A stretch of DNA of 58,285 nt from Myxococcota bacterium (GCA_039208735.1 JBCCQY010000049.1:1-58285); one strand, 5' to 3'; counted from the first letter of the stretch, positions 18,486-28,412 are shown. The notes: generated by a model not told the origin, from the sequence alone. Numbers and translations: made by a program.

Positions 18486-19502
18486 ATGCTTCTTTGGATG
18501 GCCGGCCTGGCCTTCGCCAAGCCGTGCACCACAGGCGAACTTGAGCAACACGTCAACCGCGCACTCGACACGATTGTGGTCAAGCAACCGATCGATGAGT
18601 TCAAGCAACGCCTCGACCGGACGACGACACGTGCCATGAAAACGTTTGACTGCGTCAGGGGCACGCTTGATGAGGGCCTCGCAGCGCGCTATCACACGAT
18701 GATGGGCATTCGAGCACGAGTGCTGCTAGGCGAAGGCGATTTGGCGGTTCTACAGGCCTTTCGCGCCGCCCGACGGGATCGGTCGTTCGAACTGATCATC
18801 GGCGAGCATTGGCCCCAAGGGCACTGGCTCCGAAAGCTCTTCAGCGACGCCCAGTTCGAGCCCCCCGCGAACCGCGAGACGATTCGCCTGCCGACCTTCG
18901 GCAACGTGTTTGTGGATGGCGTTCGACAGTTCCGAAGCTACGAGGCCCTGCCGCCGCCCGTCATCGCTCAATACCAAAAGGGCGGAGGTATGACCACGGT
19001 CTACGTCGGACCGAATGAGCCGTTTCCGTTTCGCGACGAAGGCCCGCACCTTGTGCTTCAGGGCTACGTGGGCACCAGCGTGTCGCTGAACGAGTCGGTC
19101 ATTACCGGCGAACCCGAAGACAAGACGTCCGTGGACTTCGAAGTGGGCGTGGGATTTGAATTCCGTCAAGCCTGGGCCCGAGTGCTCTTCGGGCCCGGGT
19201 TCCTGACGTCAGGCCAATACCTGTTCTCCGGAAGCGACGGCAACCAAAGCGTGTCGACCAATTTTGGGGTGAGCGGGGCCGCAGGCGTCCGCCTCACGGA
19301 GGCAACACGAATCGGCGTGGGAGGCGGATTTCTCTATCCAGGCCGGGCTACCACTCAAGGGATTGTCGGGCTCGACCTCAACAATGGTCTGTCGTTCGAA
19401 CTCAGACCAGGGGCAACCTTCGTGTTCGGCAGCCCGAACCCAGCGATTGCGCTGCGCGCGGGGTACCGATTCGGAGTCGGTCTCAAACCGCAAGACGGCT
19501 AG
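18486..19502 (+). CDS. Hypothetical secreted protein; C-terminal half resembles a beta-barrel
   Basis: Short signal MLLWMAGLAFA; alternating amphipathic strands ending ALRAGYRF. Confidence 0.7.
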   Translation: MLLWMAGLAFAKPCTTGELEQHVNRALDTIVVKQPIDEFKQRLDRTTTRAMKTFDCVRGTLDEGLAARYHTMMGIRARVLLGEGDLAVLQAFRAARRDRSFELIIGEHWPQGHWLRKLFSDAQFEPPANRETIRLPTFGNVFVDGVRQFRSYEALPPPVIAQYQKGGGMTTVYVGPNEPFPFRDEGPHLVLQGYVGTSVSLNESVITGEPEDKTSVDFEVGVGFEFRQAWARVLFGPGFLTSGQYLFSGSDGNQSVSTNFGVSGAAGVRLTEATRIGVGGGFLYPGRATTQGIVGLDLNNGLSFELRPGATFVFGSPNPAIALRAGYRFGVGLKPQDG

Positions 19503-20380
19503 CTGAGCGCTTGGGCCAACCGATCGTAGACCAACCGCACCCGCGCGCTCGTCTTGACCTCTCGGTGGGTGGTCAGCCACATTTGAACGGGCACCGCAGG
19601 AATCTGGTCCGGCAAAATCCGAACCACACGAGGCTCCACATCCCCGATGTCCGCGAGCATGACACAAACCCCGATGCCCGCCTTGCACAACTCCCACTGT
19701 ACCAGATGACTGGAACAAACCACGGCGAAGTTCGCTAGCGTGAGCTGCAAGCCAAGCGCGTTGAGCCCATCCCGAAGTTCAGGCCCTCGATTCCATCCTA
19801 TGAACTCGGCCCGTGACAGGTCGGCGGCGGTTTGAACCCCAACCCGCGCCAGGTATTCGGGCGTGGCATACATCCACCCTTCGCGAGACCGCAACCGCTT
19901 CGCAACCAAATCCGCCTGCTCGGGTTGAAAGTTCCGAATGGCAATGTCGGCCTCGCGTCGCAACAGATCGCTTGTGTCGTTGGTGGCCACGATGTCGAGT
20001 TCAAGCCCTGGAAACTCCGTTCGTAGTGCTCCGAGCACGGGCCAAAGCAGAAACGCACTGATCGCTTCTCCCGCACTGACACTCACCCTCCCTTCGAGCG
20101 AAAGGGTCCGACCACTCGCCACAAGGACGACACGGTTGGCCGCTTGGTCCATGGCCCGCACATGCTCAAGCAAATCGAGGCCGGCCGGAGTTAGCGTAAG
20201 CCGGTTCCCCGCGCGCTCGAACAGCGCGACACCCAGTTGCTCCTCAAGGGCCGCGATCTGCCGGCCCACGGTAGGTTGCGCAAGCCCCAACGCGGCTCCA
20301 GCCGCACTAAGCGTCCCGTGGTCAGCCGTCGCCAGAAAGGCGCGGGCGCGGTTCCAATCGAAGTCCATACGGATGCGCAT
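19499..20380 (-). CDS. LysR family transcriptional regulator
   Basis: FLATADHGTLSAAGAALGLAQPTVGRQIAALEEQLGVALFER HTH; READIAIR. Confidence 0.95.
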   Translation of the reverse strand: MRIRMDFDWNRARAFLATADHGTLSAAGAALGLAQPTVGRQIAALEEQLGVALFERAGNRLTLTPAGLDLLEHVRAMDQAANRVVLVASGRTLSLEGRVSVSAGEAISAFLLWPVLGALRTEFPGLELDIVATNDTSDLLRREADIAIRNFQPEQADLVAKRLRSREGWMYATPEYLARVGVQTAADLSRAEFIGWNRGPELRDGLNALGLQLTLANFAVVCSSHLVQWELCKAGIGVCVMLADIGDVEPRVVRILPDQIPAVPVQMWLTTHREVKTSARVRLVYDRLAQALS

Positions 20381-20426
20381 AATCCGCTGGACGGTTGCGC
20401 TTGGTTATCCCATCCCCATAGGAGGC

Positions 20427-21332
20427 CTACGGCTGATGCTGGCGGAGGAACTGGACCCGTGCATCGGCGACGGGTTCGGCCGACGGACCGAACCACAATA
20501 GGTGCCCGCAGGCCTCCTCGTGTAGCACGAGGGTGGCCTCGACATCCTCGGCCAGCAACGCCTCAGCGTGGGCCAAGGGCACGTCGGCGTCGGAAGGACT
20601 GTACTGCATGAGGGTCGGGACGGACAGCGTGCGCCACCGACCCGCGTCCACCGCTGCAAGCCCGTCCAGATCGTTGCGAAGGCCTCGGCGGCGGTCACGG
20701 TAAGGCACGAAGCTGTCGGCCAGCACCGACCAGGGCTCGGGGTCGAGGGCGATGGCGGAAGCGCAGGCTTCTCGAGCGGCTTTGTCGAGTGTCGACTCGA
20801 TCTTCAGCAGCCGCCGGGCGGAGCGCTCGGGCTTTCGGAGCATCGAGCGCCGGAGGCTTCGGAACGTCGGGCCGCCGAAGGTCCTCGACAAGATGAGCCT
20901 GCCCAGGAGCTTGTTCTTGGCCAGGTCGGAAGGCACATAGGCGTCGACTACCGCGGCCTCCAGCACCAATGCCCAGGCTCGGTCGGGGTGACGCGTCGCG
21001 AAGGCCAGGGCGACGGGGCCTCCAGCGCTCATGCCCAAGGCCGCAGCCCGATCGATCCCGAGCGTGTCGAGGAGCGCTGCGGCAACATCGGCTTGCGCAT
21101 CGAACGAGGGCCCGATCTCGAGCGGCGTGCCGAGGTAGCCGGGGCGGGACATCGTGACGACGGTGAAGCCAGCTTGGGCCAGTGGATCGAGCAGCCGACC
21201 CTGATCCGAGCCTCCCGGTGAGCCGTGGAACGCGATCACGGCTGGACCCTCGCCGGTGACGCGCACATCCACGGGCCCCTGTGGGGTCTGCACGATCACC
21301 GCGCTCGCGACGGTCGCCAACCAAGCGATCAT
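20427..21332 (-). CDS. Alpha/beta hydrolase, probably secreted
   Basis: HGSPGG, SRPGY, nucleophile GMSAGG, DADVP, CGH; ATG 21332 overlaps the TetR stop. Confidence 0.9.
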   Translation of the reverse strand: MIAWLATVASAVIVQTPQGPVDVRVTGEGPAVIAFHGSPGGSDQGRLLDPLAQAGFTVVTMSRPGYLGTPLEIGPSFDAQADVAAALLDTLGIDRAAALGMSAGGPVALAFATRHPDRAWALVLEAAVVDAYVPSDLAKNKLLGRLILSRTFGGPTFRSLRRSMLRKPERSARRLLKIESTLDKAAREACASAIALDPEPWSVLADSFVPYRDRRRGLRNDLDGLAAVDAGRWRTLSVPTLMQYSPSDADVPLAHAEALLAEDVEATLVLHEEACGHLLWFGPSAEPVADARVQFLRQHQP

Positions 21333-21952
21333 GGTTCCTCCAACTGAAAGACGGTGGTGCCCGCGTGCCGAAAGGCATCGAGCTCGTCGACGGCTCGGCG
21401 AAACGTGGCCTCGTCGAGTTCGCCACGAATGAAGTCCTCGGTCAGACCGAGGTACATGCGGCAGATCGCCCGGACGAGCTCGGAGGAGGGCACGCGGGTG
21501 AAGCGGTCGCGATGCGCGGCAACGTAGGTCTCCAACCGGTGGATCTCGAGGGCGACGTAGGCGTGCTGAACACGCTCGCGCCACCCCGCCCGGGCCGATC
21601 CCGCGCTGCGTTCGAGGAGCAGCCACAGCGCCGGTCGATGCTCGATGACGTAGGTGACGACACTCTGCACCAGTAGGTGATCGGTCTGCCGCGGCTGTGT
21701 CTGGGCCCGGTACATCGGAAGCGCACGAGCCTGTGCGATCGCCAGGTCGATCTCGTCGGCCACAGCGCCGCAGATCGCCTCGAAGAGCGCGTCTTTGGTC
21801 GGAAAGTAGGCCCTGAGATTGCCGAGTGAGCCACCCGCGCGGGCCGCGACGTCGCGCAGCGATGCGTCGCGAAACCCCCGAGCCTCGAAGAGCGCGTGGG
21901 CGGCGTCGAGGAATCGCTGGCGGACCTCGGGTTTCGGGCGCTGCGGAGGCAT
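21329..21952 (-). CDS. TetR/AcrR family transcriptional regulator
   Basis: FLDAAHALFEARGFRDASLRDVAARAGGSLGNLRAYFPTKDALF HTH. Confidence 0.93.
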   Translation of the reverse strand: MPPQRPKPEVRQRFLDAAHALFEARGFRDASLRDVAARAGGSLGNLRAYFPTKDALFEAICGAVADEIDLAIAQARALPMYRAQTQPRQTDHLLVQSVVTYVIEHRPALWLLLERSAGSARAGWRERVQHAYVALEIHRLETYVAAHRDRFTRVPSSELVRAICRMYLGLTEDFIRGELDEATFRRAVDELDAFRHAGTTVFQLEEP

Positions 21953-21977
21953 CGGCTCACCCTCAAAAAAGCACAAC

Positions 21978-22299
21978 GTGTTTTATTCGGTTCTCAGCCC
22001 TTCGCAAGCGGCTCCGAGCCACGAATCGCTGCCACCGCGTTCCGGCTCGTTCAGGCCACCCTCATTGGCACGAGCCTTCTCGTCAACAGCGCCCTCACCG
22101 GCTGGTTGCTCTGGCGCTCACCGCACTTTCCCCGTTGGCTCGGGGACGGGCTGCTCGCGACGCCCCCCGCTGGGGCCCTTCCGTACAGCCGCTCTACGTC
22201 ATTCCCCTCTTCGTGGAGCTGGCGTTTTGCATCACGCTCTTCTACCGCAGTCTCCAAGCCTCTCACCCCCCGGAGGATTCGCGGGTAGCACTCCTGTAG
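21978..22299 (+). pseudogene. Decayed DUF4386-like membrane protein remnant
   Basis: Fragments in three frames: VFYSVLSP / AATAFRLVQATLIG...GWLLWRSPHFPRWLG / PLYVIPLFVELAFCITLF. Confidence 0.5.
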
Positions 22300-22721
22300 G
22301 CTGCAACTACGTCTCGAAGATGGCCAAGGGCAGAATCCAGTTCCTCGTCCGAGTACTCTTCCGCAACGTTCGCGAGGTGGACCGCAACTTGGCGGTAGAG
22401 AGGGCCGAGTTCATCGAACAGCCGGTCTGTAGGTGCAATCAACACCGCTCGACGATCCTGGGGATCCCGATCGCGAACCACAAGGCCTCGCTTTTCCAAT
22501 CGATCGACGAGCGTTGAAATGGATCCCGTGGTCAACCCAAGCGTATCTGCAAGAACGCCCGCACGACAAGGCCCGTTTTCGAGCACGTTTAGCGCCCGAA
22601 GGTCGTTGCGCGAGACGCCCACCTGGTCCGCCGCCTGCTGGTCGAGCCGGTCGATGACCGCATAGAGTTCACGGCAGATCGCGATGAGCGCCAATGCGCC
22701 CGAGGACGGTGGGTGGTTCAC
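22263..22721 (-). CDS. MarR family transcriptional regulator
   Basis: GLTTGSISTLVDRLEKRGLVVRDRDPQDRR; GTG 22721 with GAGG upstream. Confidence 0.92.
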   Translation of the reverse strand: MNHPPSSGALALIAICRELYAVIDRLDQQAADQVGVSRNDLRALNVLENGPCRAGVLADTLGLTTGSISTLVDRLEKRGLVVRDRDPQDRRAVLIAPTDRLFDELGPLYRQVAVHLANVAEEYSDEELDSALGHLRDVVAAYRSATRESSGG

Positions 22722-22764
22722 AGAAACGCCTCGATGCTTGCCCAGACCTTCCGCGGATTTATTA

Positions 22765-22794
22765 TCTTGATTATCAAGAAGCTTGATCACCAAG
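22765..22794. promoter_or_regulatory. Tandem palindromic operator, probably bound by MarR
   Basis: TCTTGAT-T-ATCAAGA (22765-22779) plus imperfect CTTGATCACCAAG (22782-22794) between divergent genes. Confidence 0.65.
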
Positions 22795-22816
22795 ACATAT
22801 TGCCCGGAGGTTCACC

Positions 22817-23440
22817 TTGACCGTTCTCTTTGTAGTCCTCGCCGTACTCGGTGCGATCACGCTTTTGGGGATCGGGCTGGCGGCATGGGCCCCCACTCGC
22901 GTCACGTACACCGAATCCATCGACATCGACGCGCCTGCCGCCGACGTCTTCGACGACATCAGGCTTCAAGAAAGGTTGATGCGTTGGTCGGCATGGCCAG
23001 CGGAAACGGGTTCACAGTGTGCGGTCGACCCTGGCCCATCAGGTGTGGATGGTAGCGAGGGTTCTCGGACCGTGTTTGTGTCCCGGGGTCGCTCGATCGG
23101 CCACCAAGTCATCACACGCATCGTAGACCAGCGTGAGATCGCGATGACGCTGGTTGGTCCAGGACCACCGCACCGACCGTCACTGCGCTTCGAGCTGGAA
23201 CCGCTTGACGCACAGCATTGCAGGGTGAAACTTCACTTTGTGAATGAGTTCTCCCGACCCTTCAATGCGATTTGGCAGTTCGCCGGCCTGACCCGGTGGA
23301 CCCGCGAGCTCCACCGGAACGATCTGGAGGGGCTGAAGGCGTTCTCGGAACCGCCGCACCGCGACGCCAATGGCCAGGTTGTGGGACGACCACCCACGGG
23401 AGAAAACCCCTACGCCGTGCCGCTTCCCGCGACCCTCTAG
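22817..23440 (+). CDS. SRPBCC/polyketide-cyclase-like protein with N-terminal TM
   Basis: TTG after GGAGG; YTESIDIDAPAADVF...WSAW; DLEGLKAFSE C-terminal helix. Confidence 0.82.
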   Translation: MTVLFVVLAVLGAITLLGIGLAAWAPTRVTYTESIDIDAPAADVFDDIRLQERLMRWSAWPAETGSQCAVDPGPSGVDGSEGSRTVFVSRGRSIGHQVITRIVDQREIAMTLVGPGPPHRPSLRFELEPLDAQHCRVKLHFVNEFSRPFNAIWQFAGLTRWTRELHRNDLEGLKAFSEPPHRDANGQVVGRPPTGENPYAVPLPATL

Positions 23441-23444
23441 GAGG

Positions 23445-24425
23445 CTACGGAGCGCAGGCTCCGGCGAAGGTGATCGGGCCCCTGGCCGGCGAGCGTGCGA
23501 TCGTCGCGTAGTGGCCCGACTGCGCAAAGAGGTTGCCGCCTACCGCAAGGACTTCCCCGCCAAACGTCCACACCGCGTGGAAGTGCTCGGCGGTGACCGG
23601 AAAGGACGCACAGGTATAGGTGCCATCGTCCTCGTAGGCCGACACCGTTCCGAAATTCCCTGTGACGTAGACGGGCTCACCAGGAGCCGTGATGACCCCA
23701 TTCAGCGCCTGACCGACGCAGAGCGTGTCGAGTTCAGGCCGCGACCATGTGGCGCCGTCCCAATGCCAGAACTCGGGCAGCTGGAGTCCCCCCACCGCCC
23801 ACACATCGTTTTCGCCACGCACCCGAACGGTGAGTAGACGAGGCGCCTCTTTGGGGGTCAGGTCGTCGAAGTCGGTGCCGTTCCAGCGCCAGGCGAACCC
23901 GTCGCCCACAAACCAGTCTTCATGGACCTTGAAGGCAAGGCCTGGCGTGTCGGCGACCTTGGTCCACTTCCCGCCGGCTTCCTTACGCCAGATTTCGCCC
24001 GTTTGATCGCCACGCACATCGCCCGACACCACCCACACATCGCTGCCATCGTCGTACACGCCGTAGTTCGTCAGCGTGTCGTCGGGCAGATCCTCACGGG
24101 TACGGGTGCCATCCACCTCGTGGATGATGATGCCCGCATCGCCCACCGCGTAGAAGTCGGTGGCACTCCGCCCGTGGAGCCACCACAGGGCCCCCTCGGC
24201 GACGTTTTCTTCCACGCAGAGCTCGTCGCCGTCGTAGCGCCACAACGAGCCCGTCGTACCGTAGCTCCCGCCCGCCATCACCATCTCGTCGCCGAGCGTG
24301 AACGCCGAGAGCATCACCCCACCCTGCACCTTGTTGGCCGCAAGGGTGAACGGTTCGTCGGTTCCGGAGTCCGTTCCTTTGTCTGAGCCGCTGCACGCGA
24401 CCCACAACATGGCAATGCTGATCAT
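23445..24425 (-). CDS. Hypothetical beta-propeller-like lipoprotein
   Basis: Signal ending WVAC; repeated DFYAVG/DVWAVG/HWDG blade-like motifs; ATGA overlap with the cytochrome gene. Confidence 0.75.
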   Translation of the reverse strand: MISIAMLWVACSGSDKGTDSGTDEPFTLAANKVQGGVMLSAFTLGDEMVMAGGSYGTTGSLWRYDGDELCVEENVAEGALWWLHGRSATDFYAVGDAGIIIHEVDGTRTREDLPDDTLTNYGVYDDGSDVWVVSGDVRGDQTGEIWRKEAGGKWTKVADTPGLAFKVHEDWFVGDGFAWRWNGTDFDDLTPKEAPRLLTVRVRGENDVWAVGGLQLPEFWHWDGATWSRPELDTLCVGQALNGVITAPGEPVYVTGNFGTVSAYEDDGTYTCASFPVTAEHFHAVWTFGGEVLAVGGNLFAQSGHYATIARSPARGPITFAGACAP

Positions 24426-26440
24426 GGCGCCTCCTCGTCCAGGAACACCTGTAGCGCACGGTTCCGCCGATCCGCCGGAACCGGTCCCGTCCCCTCGTGG
24501 ACCCAGGTCGTCAAAGGGTTTCCGTCTTCATCCAAGAACTGCAGCGCATCGACCACCTGACCATCCGGGCCCGGCAACATAAACTCCCCGGTTCCAAACC
24601 CATACACGCCGCGCACCCGGGCGATCTCCTCGGGGGAATCGGTCGCGGGATGGCAAGTGGAACAGGGCCGTGTATTGGTGGGCACCCGAATCGTGGTGTG
24701 CTGGAAAAAGACGTGGAATCCGTTGTTGGCGGTGCTTTCCGGCACCTCCCGAAACACGCCGCGATCCCGCTCGCCCTCGGGGCCAGACTGCCCGAGCACC
24801 AGCTCCCCGTCGTCATCCTTGATCGCCATCTGCACCTGCTGGCTCGCGATCACAGTCTGCACCCGACCATCGGGCGCCGTTCCGAGGAGCACGGCATCGA
24901 GTGAATAGGTCTCGCGACTGCCCCGGACCAGCCCGTCCGAGAGCAACCCCGTCTGGGCGTCCCGCTGCTGGAATCGCACATCCATCGAGACGTGGCACCC
25001 GATGCAGTGCTGGTTGTAGGAGGTGTGGCACGTGTCGCAGGTGAGCGCATCGGTGTGCGAAAACCCGTCGTCGTCGATGCCCATGGACCGATGGAGTGGC
25101 GAGCCGGGCTCCGCCTCGGCCACGAGCGGTGCGACCTGGGTGACGTCGTGGTCCTTGCCGTCGAGTCCGCGCAACACCACGTTGGACCCCACCAGACGCA
25201 ACTGCGGCAAGGGTCGACCGCTCGACGTGCGGAACACGCCTTCGCCGTCCGCCGCGATGGGCTCGCGCACCGTGCCGTGGCAATCCTCACAAGTCAGGTC
25301 GACCTGCTGCTTGGACGTGCTGTAGATCCGACCATCACCGTGCACATCGGAGCCCACATGGCAGTCGCCGCACTGCATGCCCGCGTTGAAGTGAATGTCG
25401 GGCGGCGTCTCGTCGACGAAATTCGTGGTGTCTTCATCCGACAAGTAGAAGTAGGGGTCGGCCTTGCCATAGGCACCGGGCGACCAGGCTTCCGCATTCT
25501 CGGGCAGCTGTCCCGAAAACCCCGCTTCCCGAATGCCGCGGTAGAGCAAGCCGATGCGCCCTCCCTGAAAGTGGCAGGTCGCGCATTGCTCGGTGGGGAT
25601 GTTGGTGGTGATTTCGTGGCGAGCGGGGAACGAAGGAGTGGACGATGGAATCGACGGGTCGTCGCCCAGGTAGAAGCCATTGGTGTCGTACACCATGTGG
25701 CAACTCGTGCATCCCGTGCTGCGGTACTTGTGGGGAGCGTTGTTATCGCCGTACCCCGCCGCATGGCAGGTATCGCAGCTCTTCGACAGATAATGCTCGT
25801 AGGCGATTTCCTCGAGGGCATCCGCATCGCCGTCGGCAAGGGCCTGGTCGAAGTCCTCGCGCGGTGGCGGGGCCAATGGTGTGAGTTCGCACACCGACCC
25901 CTCGATGGGGTCATCCTGCTCGCATTCGGGATCGACGAGCGTCGTCGAACCGTAGATCGCGAGCGTGCCCTGCAAACCAGCCAGGTTCAACGTGGGCATG
26001 TAGTGTCCCGCATTGGTCGTCATGATCGACCGACGCACGGTCTCGACCTTTGCCGGGTGGCACCCCTCGGCCCCGCAACTCCGGTCCATCGCGCGAACGT
26101 CGCCCGGGTTCACGAACCGAACGTAGTCGACCGGCAATTGGTCCAACTGATCCGGAGCGAAGTCCTTAATATAGCCATCGGGCGCAAACGGAAGACCATC
26201 CCCACGAATCTCGGCCCAGTTTTCCGGAACGGGCACGTGGGCCCCCTCCTTGTTGAGGGCGGTGTCATCGCCGCCATGGCAGGCCGAGCAATCCAGTGCG
26301 TCTACGGGAGGACCGTGCACCGCCTCAATGCCCGTGTGGCACGACAGGCAGGCATCGCCTTCGCCGTTCCACGTCGGGGGTTCAGGTTCGGGATCGCCCG
26401 AGCACGCTGCCATCACGATTATGGGCCAGACCAGCCGCAT
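24422..26440 (-). CDS. Multiheme c-type cytochrome lipoprotein
   Basis: Signal ending MAAC; ten CxxCH motifs plus one CGAEGCH (CX4CH). Confidence 0.92.
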   Translation of the reverse strand: MRLVWPIIVMAACSGDPEPEPPTWNGEGDACLSCHTGIEAVHGPPVDALDCSACHGGDDTALNKEGAHVPVPENWAEIRGDGLPFAPDGYIKDFAPDQLDQLPVDYVRFVNPGDVRAMDRSCGAEGCHPAKVETVRRSIMTTNAGHYMPTLNLAGLQGTLAIYGSTTLVDPECEQDDPIEGSVCELTPLAPPPREDFDQALADGDADALEEIAYEHYLSKSCDTCHAAGYGDNNAPHKYRSTGCTSCHMVYDTNGFYLGDDPSIPSSTPSFPARHEITTNIPTEQCATCHFQGGRIGLLYRGIREAGFSGQLPENAEAWSPGAYGKADPYFYLSDEDTTNFVDETPPDIHFNAGMQCGDCHVGSDVHGDGRIYSTSKQQVDLTCEDCHGTVREPIAADGEGVFRTSSGRPLPQLRLVGSNVVLRGLDGKDHDVTQVAPLVAEAEPGSPLHRSMGIDDDGFSHTDALTCDTCHTSYNQHCIGCHVSMDVRFQQRDAQTGLLSDGLVRGSRETYSLDAVLLGTAPDGRVQTVIASQQVQMAIKDDDGELVLGQSGPEGERDRGVFREVPESTANNGFHVFFQHTTIRVPTNTRPCSTCHPATDSPEEIARVRGVYGFGTGEFMLPGPDGQVVDALQFLDEDGNPLTTWVHEGTGPVPADRRNRALQVFLDEEAP

Positions 26441-26443
26441 CCG

Positions 26444-26971
26444 TTAGCCTCCCACCAAAATGGTCACTGTGGCGCGCCCGCTCGCCGTCTCACCGCTCCC
26501 GTCTTCAACGTCAACGATCAGATCCGCCTCCACCCCATCGAGCTTGGTGAGGTTGTCTTGCGTGTAGACCTCGGGGTCGAAGCCCACCGCAACGCCGCTG
26601 CCCAGCGTGCCCGTGCCGTCATCGCGGCAGAAGATCTGCAGGGTGGGCTGCAACTCGGCATCCTCAAAGGTGAACGAGCCACTCGCCGCCCCGTCGATCT
26701 CGGTGCGAACGGTGACCCGGGCTGGCCCTTCCTGCAGTCCGACGGTCTGCACCTGGGCGGTGACCCCAAAGCCCCCTTGGGGGGCGATGTCGAGACCCAC
26801 CTGTGCGCCAGGATCAAAGTTCGCAAACGCTCCGCCAACCCCTTGGCCTAGCGCCACCGCCGGGGTCTCGGTACTGCCACATCGTGCATCCCCGGGCTCA
26901 CCCGTATCGGTATTGGAACCGCCACTGCAGCCCAAGAACGCCATCACCATGAATTGGAAGGACCCTCGCAT
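26444..26971 (-). CDS. Hypothetical lipoprotein
   Basis: AAGGAG RBS; signal ending FLGC; PQGG motif; 3-nt gap to the cytochrome start. Confidence 0.75.
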   Translation of the reverse strand: MRGSFQFMVMAFLGCSGGSNTDTGEPGDARCGSTETPAVALGQGVGGAFANFDPGAQVGLDIAPQGGFGVTAQVQTVGLQEGPARVTVRTEIDGAASGSFTFEDAELQPTLQIFCRDDGTGTLGSGVAVGFDPEVYTQDNLTKLDGVEADLIVDVEDGSGETASGRATVTILVGG

Positions 26972-27041
26972 CAGCGCTCCTTAAACACGCCACACTCTGC
27001 CCGCCCATCGGCCGAGGGTCTAGTCCGATGGGGAAAAACGA

Positions 27042-28412
27042 CTACCCGCGAAGCTCGGCGAGATCGCCGGTACAATCGATGGACACGCCATTGGTGCCGG
27101 TCACCGAGGTCACTCCAAACGTGGTGTCGGAAACCCCAAAGGCCCCCAACAAGCTGGCCAAGAACCGCTGATGAGGCACTCCCATCGTGGGCTCTTCAAA
27201 GGGGCTGAGACCGGCAAATGGCTCACGCCGCGCGTAGTTGATGTAGCGCCCAAGCGGCAGCACTCCGCCGCCCCCGGCGAACACGACCGGGTAGCGGTCA
27301 AAGCCATGCCAACTATCCGCCATTTCCGACATCCACACCACGAGGGTGTTGTCGAGCAGCGTGCCGGATCCTTCGGGGATCGCGTCAAGCTTGTCGAGGA
27401 GTCGCGTAAAGTGCCGCTCCGCGTGGTAGGCCTGATAGGCGGTCATGCCATCGGCCGCCGCCGGATTCGAGTAGATGTCGTGGGCGATGTCGGCGTGCAC
27501 ATCGCCGCTTCCAAGACCGAGCTGCGCCATCGTGAGCTGGCCCATCTGGAAGCTCGCCACTCGCGTAAGGTCGCACGACAGCGCTGCCACAACGAGATCC
27601 GCGTGATGGTCGAAGTCCTCGTCGTAGTCGCCGTAGGCCGCGGCACGCTCGGGCGCTTCACAAGAGGTCGCGGCCAAGCCAGCCACGCGCTTTTCGAGGT
27701 TTCGCACCAGATCGCGGTGCACCTCGATCTTCTGACGATCCGCCCCGGAAAGTTGCTTCGATACGGCGTCGTAGCGGCCCGCCACCGCATCGAGGACCGA
27801 CCCCTGCTGCCCGATCACGGGATCGCCGGCCGACCCATCCTGCCCAAACAACCGGTCCCACAAGATCCGCGGGTCATCGATGACGGGCAGCGGCTGGTTG
27901 GGACCACGGTTCACGATGCTGCCGTAGCCGTCGTACGCAAGCCCACGGAACACCGAGATCTCGAGGCTGCGGTAGCGATCCAACCGTGAGATCGTATCGG
28001 CGATGCGCTGGTCGATGGTGGCCGCTCCCGCGTAGGGGAAACCACCGATCCACGCCGAGTTGGCCCCGGTGAGCGAATGGGCCTGGGCCCGCTCGTGGCG
28101 GAATCCATCGCCGTCAGCTTCGGCGGAAAGGAGCGACAACCCGCCAATCGCCGAGACCTGGTTCCGCCATCGGTGCAACGGCCGCAGGCTGTCCGAGAAC
28201 AACGACGCATCCCACTGGGTCCAGTCCTCCACCCAGTCGGCATCGAGCGGCCGTCCGGGGGGCTGGCAGACCCATCGGGACGGCACACAGCCCTGGGCGC
28301 TGTAGAACAGCACGAACCGCAAGGGAGGCTGGGTATTGGCGCGCGAAAGCGACGGCAGAGTCAAGCTCCCCGCCGAGAGCCCGAGGGCCGCAAGCAGTTG
28401 ACGGCGATTCAC
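27042..28412 (-). CDS. DUF1552 (HXXSHH-family) Tat-exported protein
   Basis: MNRRQLL twin-Arg signal; TIDQRIA, ALSCDLTRVA, LDAIPEGSGTLLDNTLVVWMSE. Confidence 0.9.
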   Translation of the reverse strand: MNRRQLLAALGLSAGSLTLPSLSRANTQPPLRFVLFYSAQGCVPSRWVCQPPGRPLDADWVEDWTQWDASLFSDSLRPLHRWRNQVSAIGGLSLLSAEADGDGFRHERAQAHSLTGANSAWIGGFPYAGAATIDQRIADTISRLDRYRSLEISVFRGLAYDGYGSIVNRGPNQPLPVIDDPRILWDRLFGQDGSAGDPVIGQQGSVLDAVAGRYDAVSKQLSGADRQKIEVHRDLVRNLEKRVAGLAATSCEAPERAAAYGDYDEDFDHHADLVVAALSCDLTRVASFQMGQLTMAQLGLGSGDVHADIAHDIYSNPAAADGMTAYQAYHAERHFTRLLDKLDAIPEGSGTLLDNTLVVWMSEMADSWHGFDRYPVVFAGGGGVLPLGRYINYARREPFAGLSPFEEPTMGVPHQRFLASLLGAFGVSDTTFGVTSVTGTNGVSIDCTGDLAELRG

